A DNA stretch of 64,000 nucleotides from NCBI GenBank assembly GCA_026023565.1, contig JAPETS010000018.1, forward strand, positions 496,001-560,000. Direction: 5' to 3'. Below, piece by piece: positions 51,807 to 64,000 of the stretch. The stretch is from Cirrosporium novae-zelandiae. Taxonomy: Eukaryota. The notes under the pieces are model-generated. The model was given only the letters and a program-made list of their open reading frames with translations. It did no database searches and had not been told where the DNA came from. The position numbers were made by a program, and so were the translations under genes. Position 1 is the stretch's first letter, and the number at the start of each line of letters is the position of its first letter.

Positions 51807-54800
51807 TTAGCTGTAGAATGCGCTGTTGCTACCCTTGTTTGGATTGAGGCTGATGCGGGACATGAAGCGAGACATGACACTTCCCCTTCGCATCTTCTCT
51901 TCTTGTTGCATTTGTTCCCACATCTCGTCGCTAGCAGAAATTGACTGTCCTAGCTCGGCTTGGAGCTTCTTGAGGGCTGCGGGTGATATCCCCTCGTACG
52001 GGTTCCCCATGGGGCTGGGAGGTGGCTTGTAACTTGCTGGTCTTGGACCGAGATAACTAGGCATGGCGAAGAAATCGTTGCTGGTCGATGACGCTCGTGG
52101 TATGGAATAAGGGTTATTGCCCATTGGCATTGATGGCATAGCAAATGGGCCATGGTTATATGGTGTCGATGGAATAGCCCCCATATGATGTGGTTGGAAG
52201 TTCCAAGTGCCCTCGGGTGTAACGATCTGCGTCGCTCTTTGGCTTCTGTTGGGATACATCTCGAATGGACCATTGTTGAATGGTCTCGATGCTGGACCAA
52301 TTGAACCGTTGCTCGATGGTCTTGACGAGACACTTTTCACGGTCGATTGGTAGTGAGGAGCGACGCTTCCTTCCCTACTTCTCTGTGATTGATAACCCTC
52401 ATCCATATTCATAGCGGCTTGGCCAAAACTATATGGTGTTAGGTAGGACCCATCTACTGGTTGGTACCTGCGTTGCTGTGCTTGATGGACACTTTTGAGT
52501 GGTAAAGCAAAGCTGCCGTTGCTGAATGAAGCTGGTATATTCATATCTGCCGACTGGTTGGGTGGCTGACTTGGTCCGTGTTCGCCTTTTTTCATTGGTA
52601 CAGCAAACAAACCACTACTGGACGAGGTCGATGCTTTGGATATTGCAGACGACCGTCGTGCGTATTCCCTGTCCTCGGAGCGAGATAACTGCTGAGACTG
52701 GTAGTCGGGTTGTGTGTTGAATGCTGTCTGCCTCTTCTCATTGGTACTTCGCTTGAGTGGCTGGGAGAACAAGTTATCGGTTGACTGGGTTGATGCGATA
52801 GACCCGATTGTTGGCTGGAAGCTATTCATCTGACCAGCATGCCACCCTTCAAAGGACTTGTCTAATTCGGCATCTCTCGCTTTTTCGCTTGAACCCTGAG
52901 CTTCCATGATCATCTCCTCCCGATTTAAAAAGTATCTTTCAGCAATAGCATAGTTGTTAAGACCTCGTTCATTCCGGAACAGTGGGCTGCAAATGTCTGG
53001 TTGAAGGTCTCTGCGGATTCGGTTTGGTTCAACAGGAACTTCATGGGCACGACGAGCTCTATGTGGAGATGAGCCATAGGGCGAGTACTTAGTGGCCTCT
53101 AGTAGTTCTCCACTAAAGCGATAATCTTGGTTGTTACCTAAAGTGGTTTTGTTGCTGTCAGAACCCATACATGCAAGGTGTTGCTGGATATCATGGACAA
53201 GTTTGTCACTTGGTGGGGTTTGAGGGGTGTTATTGTCTGCTCGGGCTGCTAGAATGTCTGTCAATGGAGGCAATGTATCTCTATGGACGACACCCTGGAT
53301 AAGATCTGCCTCTTTCCCCAAATCGTACATTTTTGAAGTATGGCCTATCGACTTCTCAAGGGCTAACACGTATGCGGGGTTTGTTCGGCAAAGGCATGAC
53401 TGATCGGGATCGGCAAGACATAGGTCAAGACAGAGACAAGGTGGGTTGCTGTCTTCACAGAAGCACTCATAGAAGTCGTCATCTTCATAATCTTCATCCT
53501 CATAATCTTCATCCTCACTGCCTCCTTGACTAAAAGTCTCGTCGAAATTGATGCTCTCCCTCATTGAATCATGATCCATATCGGAAACATCGGACATATC
53601 ACTGTCTTGCATTTCGATGTCTTCATCTTTGATGTTCTTGTATTCATCAGCTCTCCTCGATGATTCCTCGGTGGCATTAATAGCCTTATAGAGAGCTTGT
53701 CTTGCGAGAGCACCTTCAGCAAGAGCGGCCAGCGGCCCCTGAAAGGGGTTTTGCCGCTTTTCATGTTCCGCACTATTGCTGTCCATGTTGATATCGTCCA
53801 TATCATTTGGCTTTGCAGCTGCTTGGTTGGCTTTTCTGGCATTGGCTGACTTGAAAGCCGCTTGTAGACCACGTTGCAATGAATTGTCTTGTGTCTGTCT
53901 CAATACGTTTCGCTCTTCAAATGCTGTCAGAATCTTATATGTATGTGCTCGTTGAGTGTCGACCCATTGCTGTAGCTCAGCTTCAGCGATATCCCGATAC
54001 CTTTCAGAGAGCTCCCCAAATATCATTCCGGAAGAATGGCAAGTCATGTCTCTGAGTCCGGTGATGTCATCCACCCAGCATTGCTGGGATCGATGCAAAA
54101 GAAAGTCCCGAAGCAACGCGTCATGTTCTGGACCTGAGCCATTAGGAACGAAGCCGTCCAATTGGCTGATATCATCCGCCTTTTTCTTTGCTGCAATGAT
54201 CTTCTTATCCAAGATCGCTTCGTCCAAGGGAATGATAATGTCGTCGCTATAAAGCGCCTTCTCTTTCTCCTCCAAACTAGCTTTGTATTCCTCGAATGTA
54301 ATCTCGACTGATCTACGGGTGTGACGATCGCTTCTCTTGAAGGCAACCGTGTGGAAAGTTTTGAACTGTGGTGACAAGCGAATATCAACTTCTCCCAGCT
54401 GGGCTTTAACTTTGCCACAGAGAGCATAGTAAAGATCCTCAAAGTTTGCAAGATCAACTGGCACTGAAGCAGAGCCCTTGAAGCCAGCAAGGGTCCGTTT
54501 GAAGTGAAATTTAAGGTCATCAGGTTGATTGCTTGTCTATATCATTGTCAGATTCACTCTGCCCTCTCGCCGCCGAAAGGGTGTTTGCTTATTAAGCTGA
54601 GCTTACCTTTTCACCTCGACGTTGGCAATCCTTAAGCATGCATTTTGCCAAATTTAGCAATTCTTCTGCAACTTTGGCTCTTCCTTCATGATCAACATCA
54701 AGGAAAAAGTAATCTAGATGATTCGAGTCAGCAACATCCAAGAGCCACAGTGACATGAATTCCAAAACTTACTTTCGTTGTTGGACCTTAACGACTTAAG

Positions 54801-54833
54801 CCGTATCAGCACCCGTTCGGCAACAGCCAACAT
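51807..54833 (-). CDS. Large hypothetical protein (over 885 aa) with an acidic tract, a Cys cluster and a disordered C-terminus
   Basis: 885-codon open frame. Probable short upstream exons from ATG 54833 (MLAVAERVLIRLKSLRSNNE), with GTAAG donors near 54772 and 54606. No family recognised. Confidence 0.7.
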
Positions 54834-57800
54834 GTTGGGCAATTGAGGATGAGTAGCTCAAAGATAATTGAGGTCAGGTATTTTGGGCCTTCGCTCTCAG
54901 GCTCAGGTGTTTAGATGAGGTCAAGCTAGATAAAGTGCAATGCAAAGAGTTATAGGGTAATTGGGACAAGATCGCACACAGTCTGATTGAGGGAATGATA
55001 TCAAAGAGATGGAATCTGCTTCAGAAGGTCTTGTCTCTGGTCGTGGTACATGTGAGATGAAAAGAGTGATGCTCGCCACTGAAATCGCACAGCTATCTGA
55101 GCTCAACGAAATGAAGTTGTCTTTGATGAGACTTAGATGGCCTTTAGTGACATGGCTGTTGCAAACTAAGATGGATGAGGCCAAGAAAGAGAAAGTATTG
55201 TTGCTCTGTGTGCGAATTTGAAAAATTGTTGTTGAGCTCGTTGGTGTCTATTCAAATTTACATCAAAAAAATCAGGAGGCTGGTGGTTGGTGATTGTGGT
55301 GGTGAAGCCCTAACTCTCGCCACTGACTCTAAATTTTCTAACACGAAGACAATAGAACGCATAACAATAGGATTGCACATCTTAATTTAGATACGGAAAT
55401 TTCAATTTTTACTACTTGGAGTTGAGTTGAGTGTAGAGGTTTTACAGAATCAATGGACCTTTGGTTGAGGGAGAGAGACCATGCACCCTGATATGGGGGG
55501 AACATGATTATAATGATAAAGTAAGATGGATGAACTCTCAACATTCTAAACAGGGTATGAATCAATCATAACAAATAACTTCCTCTTGTTGTGCCCATGC
55601 TTCTACAATCATTATATTGATATTGATATTGATATTAATATTGTTTAGCTCTCACACAGCAAAGAAAAAAAAAACCTTTAGAGATACCCCACAGATATAT
55701 ATACACGACTTTAACACGCTCAATCTGATTAGTTGATAGTGTGTCGTATCAGAATCTGAGATAAGGTAGAGAGGTAATCTAAAAAGAAGCAGAAGGTCCG
55801 GTCCGCCATCGGTATTTCCGCCATGTGACTAAATCTAACACGGACAACAACTACGGCGACAATATAGTCTAAAGGTTGAACTATTTATTTTTTCCCAACT
55901 TTTTTGTCCTCCATAGGCTATATAATACTTAGTACTACTACAAGTAGAAAGACGAATACCTAAGTACCTAAGTAGTTACCAAGGTACTTTATAAAGTTTG
56001 ATAACTGTTAACTCTTGTTACTTGTACATGTACATGTACATATGCGTCGATAAGGATATAGTGCGCTCGCTGCTCCAAATGAATGTAATACATAAACAGT
56101 AACAGTAATAGCCAAGAGTTAAGAGAGGTAAGAGAATGAATGAATGAATGATGGAACTCTTTTTTTAATTACATGCGTAGGTAGTTTTTATTCAAATCAT
56201 ATCAAAATCAAAATGATATCAATCAAAACTATTATAACACCCCATTAACAGCACAACACCTAGTAGAACATTTTTATCTATCTGCAATTATACCTATGTA
56301 CTATACTGTACATATCTATATCTATCTTTTTATCAATCAATCAATCACTCATTTTCATTTTTCATTTTTCATTTTTTTTTTTTTTACTTCGCTTTGGAAT
56401 AAATAAATAACTGGCCGATCGACCGGACCTATCTATCTCCCAAACTCAGCAAAAAGGAAATCTTAATTATTTATCCTATATCTTTATTCTATTAGATAAC
56501 ATCATCCATCTACTCATCACCTGTTTACTTACTTATACGATATCAGAAAGTTATATCAATCGACTTTAGCCCCTAAAAGAATCGAAAAACTTTCTTCCCC
56601 TTCCCTTTTCCATACCAAACAAAACAAGTAATTCCCTTCCCTTCCCTTTTCCCTCCCCTTCCCTCTCCTCTCCTCTCCTTTCTCTTTTTCTCTTTCTCTC
56701 TATCTCCATCCCAATCAAATCCCATAACCCCCATAAACCCCCCACCCCCCTATATCAGCTACCTAAGTAGTTACACCTCCCATACTAAACATCCCCCCTC
56801 TCCTTCCCAACTCCAACTCCAAGCCCAAAGCCCAAAAACCGTCGATCCCAGACTTACCTACTTATTTGCCTAACCAACCAACCCCCCCCTCTCCTCTCCT
56901 CTGCCCTGAATAAAGTCCTACCCAGTACTCAGTATTCAGTACCCACATATCCTCCCTATCTTAAAAAAAAAAAAGAGAGAGAGAGAGGAGAGAAAGAAAG
57001 TGTGGGTATCTAATTTCGATTTGATTCGGTGCATACATGGCACATAGTACATACATAGCACATAGCGCCTGAAGAATATCCATCTAACACAGCACAGTCA
57101 GTCAGTTATTTTGGTTTGGTTGGTGAGTACAAGTACAAATAGATAAAGCTTCCTTCCTTCCTTTCTTCCTTCCCTTCATTCTATATAAGCAAAAAGTAAA
57201 TACTAATACTAATTCATAAGATCCAAGTACCCCTAGGTACATGTACATAATTCGTTCCCCCCCCATCACCTTTTTATTAGACTACCTACCTACCTACCTA
57301 CCTATCTACCTAAGTAGGTAACTATAACTATAAGTCAGTATATTACTATTCTACTCTTACAACCTCAAAACCACAAAACTTTTGTTTTATTATATCATAT
57401 CATCTACACATCCACACCATTCATGTCTCCAGAATCCTTGAATTTCAAATGCAAAATTCTTAATAGGGGGATTGGGATAGGAATTCGGGATTACTCGGTT
57501 ATCTTATTTTTGCCCTTATTATCTATATATTTTAATAAGAGAAATGTTTTGCGGAGGGTGGGGGGAGGGATAATAAACTTCGTTTTTGTTTGATTGTTTG
57601 ATTATTTATATATATATACGGTTAATTGGGAATTAGTTCTAGTGCTCTGCTTCTTCCTCCTCCTCGCCCGCATTTTATGTGGAGTTAAATTCTCTTACAT
57701 GTTTATATTCTTTGGAGATATGGCATATAGCATAGCTAGCCCCCCCCCCGCCTTCGACCTCTGCTTTGTCCTTGATATAATATATGATATATAGCACGGC

Positions 57801-58324
57801 CACTTCACCACAGTATATATATACTTCAAGGGTTATACTTACGAAGAGGGCATATGAACTGTCTCATAATAAAGTGAATGGCATTGCCTCTTTGTAAAGA
57901 GTTGGGGGGGCCCTTGGGTCTCACCCGTCCAATTTTCTTGGATTGCACCCTGTGTCGATTTTGGTGATGATGATGTGAGTGTAGTCAATTAGAGGATCAA
58001 AGTCGTCAGGAAAATCCTAGCTGCTTCCAGTCGAATCTCCCACCATACCGACCTCCCTTTTCTTACGTTCCTTCTCTCTCCTGGCAGTAACGTTTTCTTG
58101 AAATTTTCTGATAACCTCTCTGGCGGTAACCTATTGCATAATTTTCTGCAGTCTCTCCGCATCCGCGCCTCCACGTAATTCCTGAAAATGGATCTTTTCC
58201 ACCGGTGGTACGCGCTTGAGTCTTGTGGCTAGCCTTTCTAGTTCCTGCTCGAGAGACTTGTCGTCGTTAAGCTGTATACTCAGGTCCAGTCTGAGGTCTA
58301 GGGATATTTTCGTTGACTCTGGTG

Positions 58325-58467
58325 CAGTGAAGGGAATGGACTAGACCAAATAGACCTTGGACAATCAAGGTCTGGTCGGTCTATCAAAAAGCTTGGTCTG
58401 GTCGGTCTAAGGGCTATAGACCGTCTATGGTAGACCGTCTATTTAGTCTGGTCCATCGACAACACTG
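58325..58467. mobile_element. MITE-like element, copy 3 (143 bp; CAGTG...CACTG ends, hAT-like)
   Basis: Left end CAGTGAAGGGAATGGACTAGACCAAATAGAC versus reverse-complemented right end CAGTGTTGTCGATGGACCAGACTAAATAGAC (24/31 identical). Internal GGTCTGGTCGGTCTA repeats. No TSD. Confidence 0.7.
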
Positions 58468-60887
58468 TCAATAGCAAAGATGAAAAAGGAGTTGTGCTTT
58501 CCTGTGACTCCGATATACCTATTTGTCCAACTTCCTTTGGTATCGACAAACAAACGTTGCTGGTGCAAAGACATTATGCGGTCCATTTCATCCAGCAACA
58601 CAGTTTGCGGTAGACCGGTGCTGATTTCTGCTTCGCTAGCATAGTAAAGAGAGTTCTCAACCAAAACAAATAGCTCGGATAGAGAAACTTGGCCAGAGGA
58701 CGTAGATACAGGAAAGGATTTTATCTCCGCAATAAATGCCCGGAGTAGGCAAACATTGGGGTTGGGAGCGTTTCTTAGATGTGGTTGCAATATCTTCTGA
58801 GCATCTTCTGTTTTCAGAAACTCTTGAGCTGTCCTGTGCATAAAATCCACCGTATGAATAAAGAAAGAATTAGGGTGCCTTACCCTTGCACGACGTCTTA
58901 CCGGAAAACTTTCTAGTAAGCCTTTGCAACGACTATTTAATCTTCGTTGCGCTGTATCGATACGTTCCTGAATTTCATCCTCTGAAATTCCTCGGTCATC
59001 AACGTCGAGGGGGAAGTTTGGATCTTCCTCATCAATGAACGAAAGGGTCATCAAAAACAGCGGTGTGTTGTGCAAAGCAACTTTGAACATTACAGCAGCC
59101 TGTGAAAGATAGTCTTTTTCTAAATTTCTCAGAATCTGCATCATGAACTCGTGAAGGTCAGATGGTAGACCTTGTACTTTCCTTCTAAAATCAGATATCC
59201 TGTCGCCGTTGTTGGATCCTTCTATCAATGACCTAACGACAAGCTCTATCCAAACGAATACTCCGGAGGCTTTGTTGACAATTTCTTTTATAAGCTCAGA
59301 ATATTGCAACTCTTGTCCAACTAATTTCTTAAACAGCTCATTTCTCCCAAGTTTATCTTGAACAAAAGGCTTGATATCGGAGCTGGTCCATTCTTCGAGG
59401 TATATTTTCGGGTAATCCTTGAAAGAGTCTTGAAATATTACCCATTTACGGCTGGAAAGGCATACCTTAATATTTGACCGAAAACCAGAATCACCGCATG
59501 ACGTTCGACCATGTTTGACAGTCAAATGCTTCAAGATGTCCATGCATGTGGGTTAGAGTCATATGAATAGCATTAACGCCATCTTTGAGGCAAAACAACT
59601 GGTATTAGATCTGGATACCGACCTAAAACCTCAAGTAATAGGGTTCGTAACAGCCCTATTTGAGACTTTTGCATTGGAGTTCCAGCATGCCAAAAGTAAT
59701 AGCTGGCAATGAAAAGTGGGTTTCTTTTAGCCCAGACCTCAAGGCTTTCCTGAGTGCGTTTCTCTTTGTATAAGTATTTCATGAGCGTTGATTTTCCAGA
59801 ACCTGGTTTTCCAGATATCCAATAGATGCCAGCTTTGTCATCACCCTCCAGCCATTTTTTAAAGCTAACATTAGAACTCTCTTGTGAACTTGTATCATCG
59901 AACATCCAGGCAAACGTCTTATCGTGTGCCGTCTCAATTTGGGAGTACCGATCTTCTAGCTGTGGAAAATATAAACTGTCTAGAATATTCTGTTTGATTG
60001 CAGCCTTTTTTTCTGTTTCCCTAATGTCCAATAGCTTTGTTCAAGAAGTTGGCGATATTGTCTTTATTGGCCGCTCTCCATTCAGAACGTTTTATGGCGC
60101 TAAGTATTTCGAGCTTGATTTGGGTGGCCTCGTTTCGTCGTTTCCGCTCCCGCTTTATGCTTTCCTCCTGATGTTTATTTAAGGCGTCGTGGATCTCGGA
60201 TTGATTCTCACCACACGCAAGTTATCTTTGATCAACATAGCCAAATTCTCTTTTCAACGGACATATTGATCAGGAAACTTAGACAAAAGTGTAAGAATAA
60301 AATATTACCATATTGTCGATATTTAAAGATTTCATTTGGAAGCTGTAGCACTGTAACTGCGGGATTCGTGCCCACCTTAATGCAAGGGATACAAAGGGTT
60401 CAAAAATCCATAACAGGTCCAAGTAAAATCGAATTGCATACCTTATTAACATCAAGATATTCATTGCAATTTGTTGTCGGAATGACTTCAGTCGCTCCAA
60501 TAGGCTATTGATCTTCTCTTCCTTCCAAAATGTCGCAAAAGCTTGTCAGCAGCTCTGCCATTTTTGATGGGGACTCTTGACCTTTATGTTGTCGAGGACT
60601 GATAGTAACTCTTTAGATACGTCATTGCATCCTTCAACAAGCTTCCTGGTATCCTGTCTGTCAGGTGTAGGTGATGTTCCAATATTTGAGACACTGCCAT
60701 AGCATTTCACATCGCTATTAAGTTTAATGACATTCTGAGCAATGGCTTCAAGTTCAAGGTGTTCAACCAGAGCCCCTTCTCCATTTTTATATATTACTCG
60801 ACCCTTAGACAATATCTTGGTACTAAAGTCAACGAACTGTACAACGGCGCTAGCAAGGCCGATGGCGGACGACGGATCAAGAACCAT
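58443..60887 (-). pseudogene. NACHT-domain NLR-like (STAND) pseudogene
   Basis: N-terminal LDPSSAIGLASAVVQFVDF domain, Walker A WISGKPGSGKSTLMK, SSRKW, KASGVFVWI and VDFMHRTA. Lesions are TGA at 60546, a frameshift near 60035, TAA at 59573, a missing Walker B and truncation by the MITE. Confidence 0.85.
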
Positions 60888-61863
60888 GATGTATGGAGGA
60901 GGCAGGTAGGTAAATATTTGTACGGTAGCAGAGTCCGTCAACAATTAGTGTAATAGCAGTTTGCGCTTCAGTTTTATTTAGATTGAATGTGATGGAGAAG
61001 ACAAATAGTAAAGTAGCATGAGGTGGAATAGTATCACAGCTGGGATATCATAACGCGGGGTAGTGTACTGCTGTGATTATGGCGTGCCTTAAATATAAGG
61101 CAGTATGTGTTGTAAGTTAGCATGGTGTTATAACTACCTAAAGTCGAGTAAGAACATAGGTACACAGTAATGTATCGAGATTCATCGAATTTCATTTATC
61201 AAAGGAACTACATAATTAATTAGCATGCGTGAAGAGTGAGCAGGCCACTTATAGGGGGCTACGGCTTGGCGCACCACTCCCTTTGAGAACATTGGTTTCC
61301 GAGGCCGAGTTACGTAGTAGTACGGTGGAATAGTAAGAATAAGCAAATTTTTTGGTGTTTGGTTTATTGTTAATCATTTCGGTTCTGGTATCCACCCTAA
61401 AGAAGAAAAAGAAGAATGAATAAAAAAGATTGGTAGTTGGTGGTGGTGGATATTGATTGCCAAAGGATAGGATATTAATATAGATAGCCATATTTGGTGA
61501 ACTAGTGAGGAAGCTTTTAAGTTAGTATTTTTGGTAACGGGGCTTGGACTTGCTAGAGTTTGGGTAGGTTTGAAGAGTATATATATATATGCATTCAGCA
61601 ATGGAATGAACTGGAGAAATTTTTTATTGTACTGTACTATGGGTAGTTTGGAGAACAGGTAAAAGAACAATTAAAAAGCCGATGGGAGTAGACATCTATG
61701 CACATATTGTGCTTTCGATTCTTTCAAGTAACTCATCCACTTTCGAGAAAGATCGGAACTTCAATTAGGTTATTCTCAAACCATTAGTGGGTTCCATCTA
61801 TTAGAAAGCTAGACTATATATAGATATATCTATGAGATAACAAAGAAAAGAAAATCATCATCA

Positions 61864-64000
61864 TCAATCCGCCGTAGCTCCTCCCTTGCTGAACCTGCCA
61901 CTAAAACTTCCAAGATCCCGCTTGAAGAATTTGCCGATATTGCGCAGGTTCTCGTTTAGATTGGCTGTCCCATGGTGTTCTGTGCCGCTGCCTAGTAATG
62001 GGGATAGAGTACCGGATGGTGTAGATGCGGTATTAGGAGCTCCTGATAGCGATGGTGTACCTAATCTGTCGACACTGTCACGAGCAGCAGACATGAGGAC
62101 GGAACCTAGAGTCGCTGGATCAAATCTTGTTGGTAGGGTTGCGGTTGACAAGCTGGCAGAGGAGCCGAGAGGGCCAAGAACGGTACCTGTATGGCTACTC
62201 CCGCTACCGGCTGAGATGGGTAGAGGCGACATCAGCGGGCTTTGTGGCTGCAGGTCTTTGTGTTGAGGACCTGCACGGTGAGCTTGGAAGAGCTCGAGAA
62301 GGTGACCTTGTTCGCTCTTACGGATGCCCTTGAGATCGAGTATTTTGCGAAAATTGACGTCGGATTTGTCAGCGATGTGGATAAGATAAGCTTGGACCAG
62401 GGCTTCTGGGGGAGAGGGGCGGACTTGGATTGTTTTGAGAAGGGGATCAAGGCGTGAAAGGGAATTGGTGACACGCTTGGTGTAGCTTTGTGGAGGTGGA
62501 GTATTAGGCTCATTAATAGTAAGGAGAGAGGTAAAACCGGATTTCAGGACATAGGAATCAAGAAGCATCTATCAAATTTTAGCGATGATTTGATGACAGA
62601 CGAACAAAGTAAATTTACCTGTTCTGCGCCAACCTCAGAGATCGGACGGCATTGGACAATATTGGCAAGGTATGTGTTGGACAACAGCTCAACTAGGTTA
62701 TCACAGAAAGCTCGAGCATATTGCTGCTTGTGTAATAAATGCAAGATATCCGATGATTTTTCTTTGACACGTGCAACCAAATCTAGTACATATGGACTGT
62801 GGTCACCAACAGTGTCAAGCTTGTTCCAGGGTGTATTGCGCATTTGCCTCCAGCTAGGTTCGCATTCAACTTCTACCCTGCGTACAAGTCCTCTAACTGA
62901 AGCGCTGGCAATCCCCATGAATGCATCCGCTTGACTTTGCAGGTCAATCGTTGATTTTAGTTGTTCATCCACCCGACTCTTGATCTTTTCTTCTAATTGG
63001 GTGCAAGTGTTATAACAATAATCGGCTGTATTCAAAACCAACACAAAATCCTCAATGGATGGTGAATCAGAAGGTGTTTTCCCGGATGGTTTCTCGCTAA
63101 TATGATAGAGCAGCACTTGCTGAGCATACTGGTCTAGATACTTGCCAAACACCTTTGATAAATCAACTAACCGGATACCTGTTGAGAGTTTGGCGCATTG
63201 AGCTAGGGTGACACGGTAGAAATTGAATAGTTCTGTAGAGGAAGATATTACTGATTGTGATGTAAACTCCTCGTCTGGAGATCGAGGAGGTTGAATGCGA
63301 TATTTGGGCATCATTCCGGCTAACTGTCTGTCTTGCGATTCGACCCATATGCTGAAATATGGTTCAAAGGCTTCTGATATCGCCTGGGTAAATGCTGGTA
63401 TCTTTTCGTCGCTCGATGTTAGGGTCTCAAATGATCCGCGAGAGCTACTAGAGAATCGCTTTTCAAGACTATGTTCGAATTCCAATGTTTCTTGCAGACA
63501 TGAGAGCATTAAATTCACATCCAAGGTCTGATTATCCGTCTTTCTCATCGTCTTCTCGAGGATGGACTTGAAGTCATCTCTTGTGCCCTCGCAGAAAACA
63601 GTAGCCAATATCTCATTAACCCTCCACAGGGGCGGGAATATTGCTGCATGCTCTTCATCATATGTCTTAAGCATTCTCCGGAACCATGAAAACCGTCGCG
63701 ATATGTTGTCGAGAGAGCCCGCTTCATCATTCCCACGAAAAACTTGTCGATATTCTCTCAATTGTGTATTGCAGTACCACGTAATTAACCTCGACCGAGC
63801 AGTTTCTCCCAAAGCATCCATGACAAGACAAGCTTCTGATAACATCCCCCTCTTTTGAGCAATTTCCCCTTTAGCAAATGTAATCTCAAAGTCCTCGCAT
63901 ACTTGTTCCAGAAGCTCTCTTTGAAGGTCTGATACATTTCTGCTCAACATGGCAATTTGATCAATTGACCGATATGATTTGAAGTGACCTATAAGTTGTA
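61864..64000 (-). CDS. VPS53: GARP complex subunit Vps53, 3' part (5' end outside the window)
   Basis: HFKSYRSIDQIA, WYCNTQLREYRQVFRGNDEAGSLDNISRR, LNTADYC, ISEVGAEQ|MLLD and FRKILDLKG. Intron at about 62569-62618. Confidence 0.95.

Noticed and set aside
55500..57800. AT-rich low-complexity block as centromere, CRISPR array or tRNA cluster
   Set aside because: Only mixed short microsatellites. No repeat-spacer structure, tRNA boxes or element ends were seen.

Overview
Intron-containing genomic DNA from a filamentous ascomycete (Pezizomycotina-type genes, GT-AG introns with CTAAC-like branch points). About 18 protein genes can be read. They include a GH43 arabinanase, a Cys-free amphipathic secreted protein, a metallo-beta-lactamase-fold hydrolase and three regulators. 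A compact CYP504B (phacB-like) P450 / RidA / Zn2Cys6 trio, two Pth11-like membrane proteins, two FAD monooxygenases, an SDR, ureidoglycolate lyase, a LaeA-like methyltransferase and the 3' part of VPS53 are also present. Non-coding and decayed features absent from the ORF track are an intact dispersed 5S rRNA gene, a truncated 5S copy, a 445-bp solo LTR with a 5-bp target-site duplication, three copies of a CAGTG-ended MITE-like element, a broken NACHT (NLR) gene and a pseudogenised small Cys-containing secreted protein. A candidate zinc-binding microprotein gene is also present. All family calls are from motif recognition by eye; no database search was run, and exon boundaries are manual.
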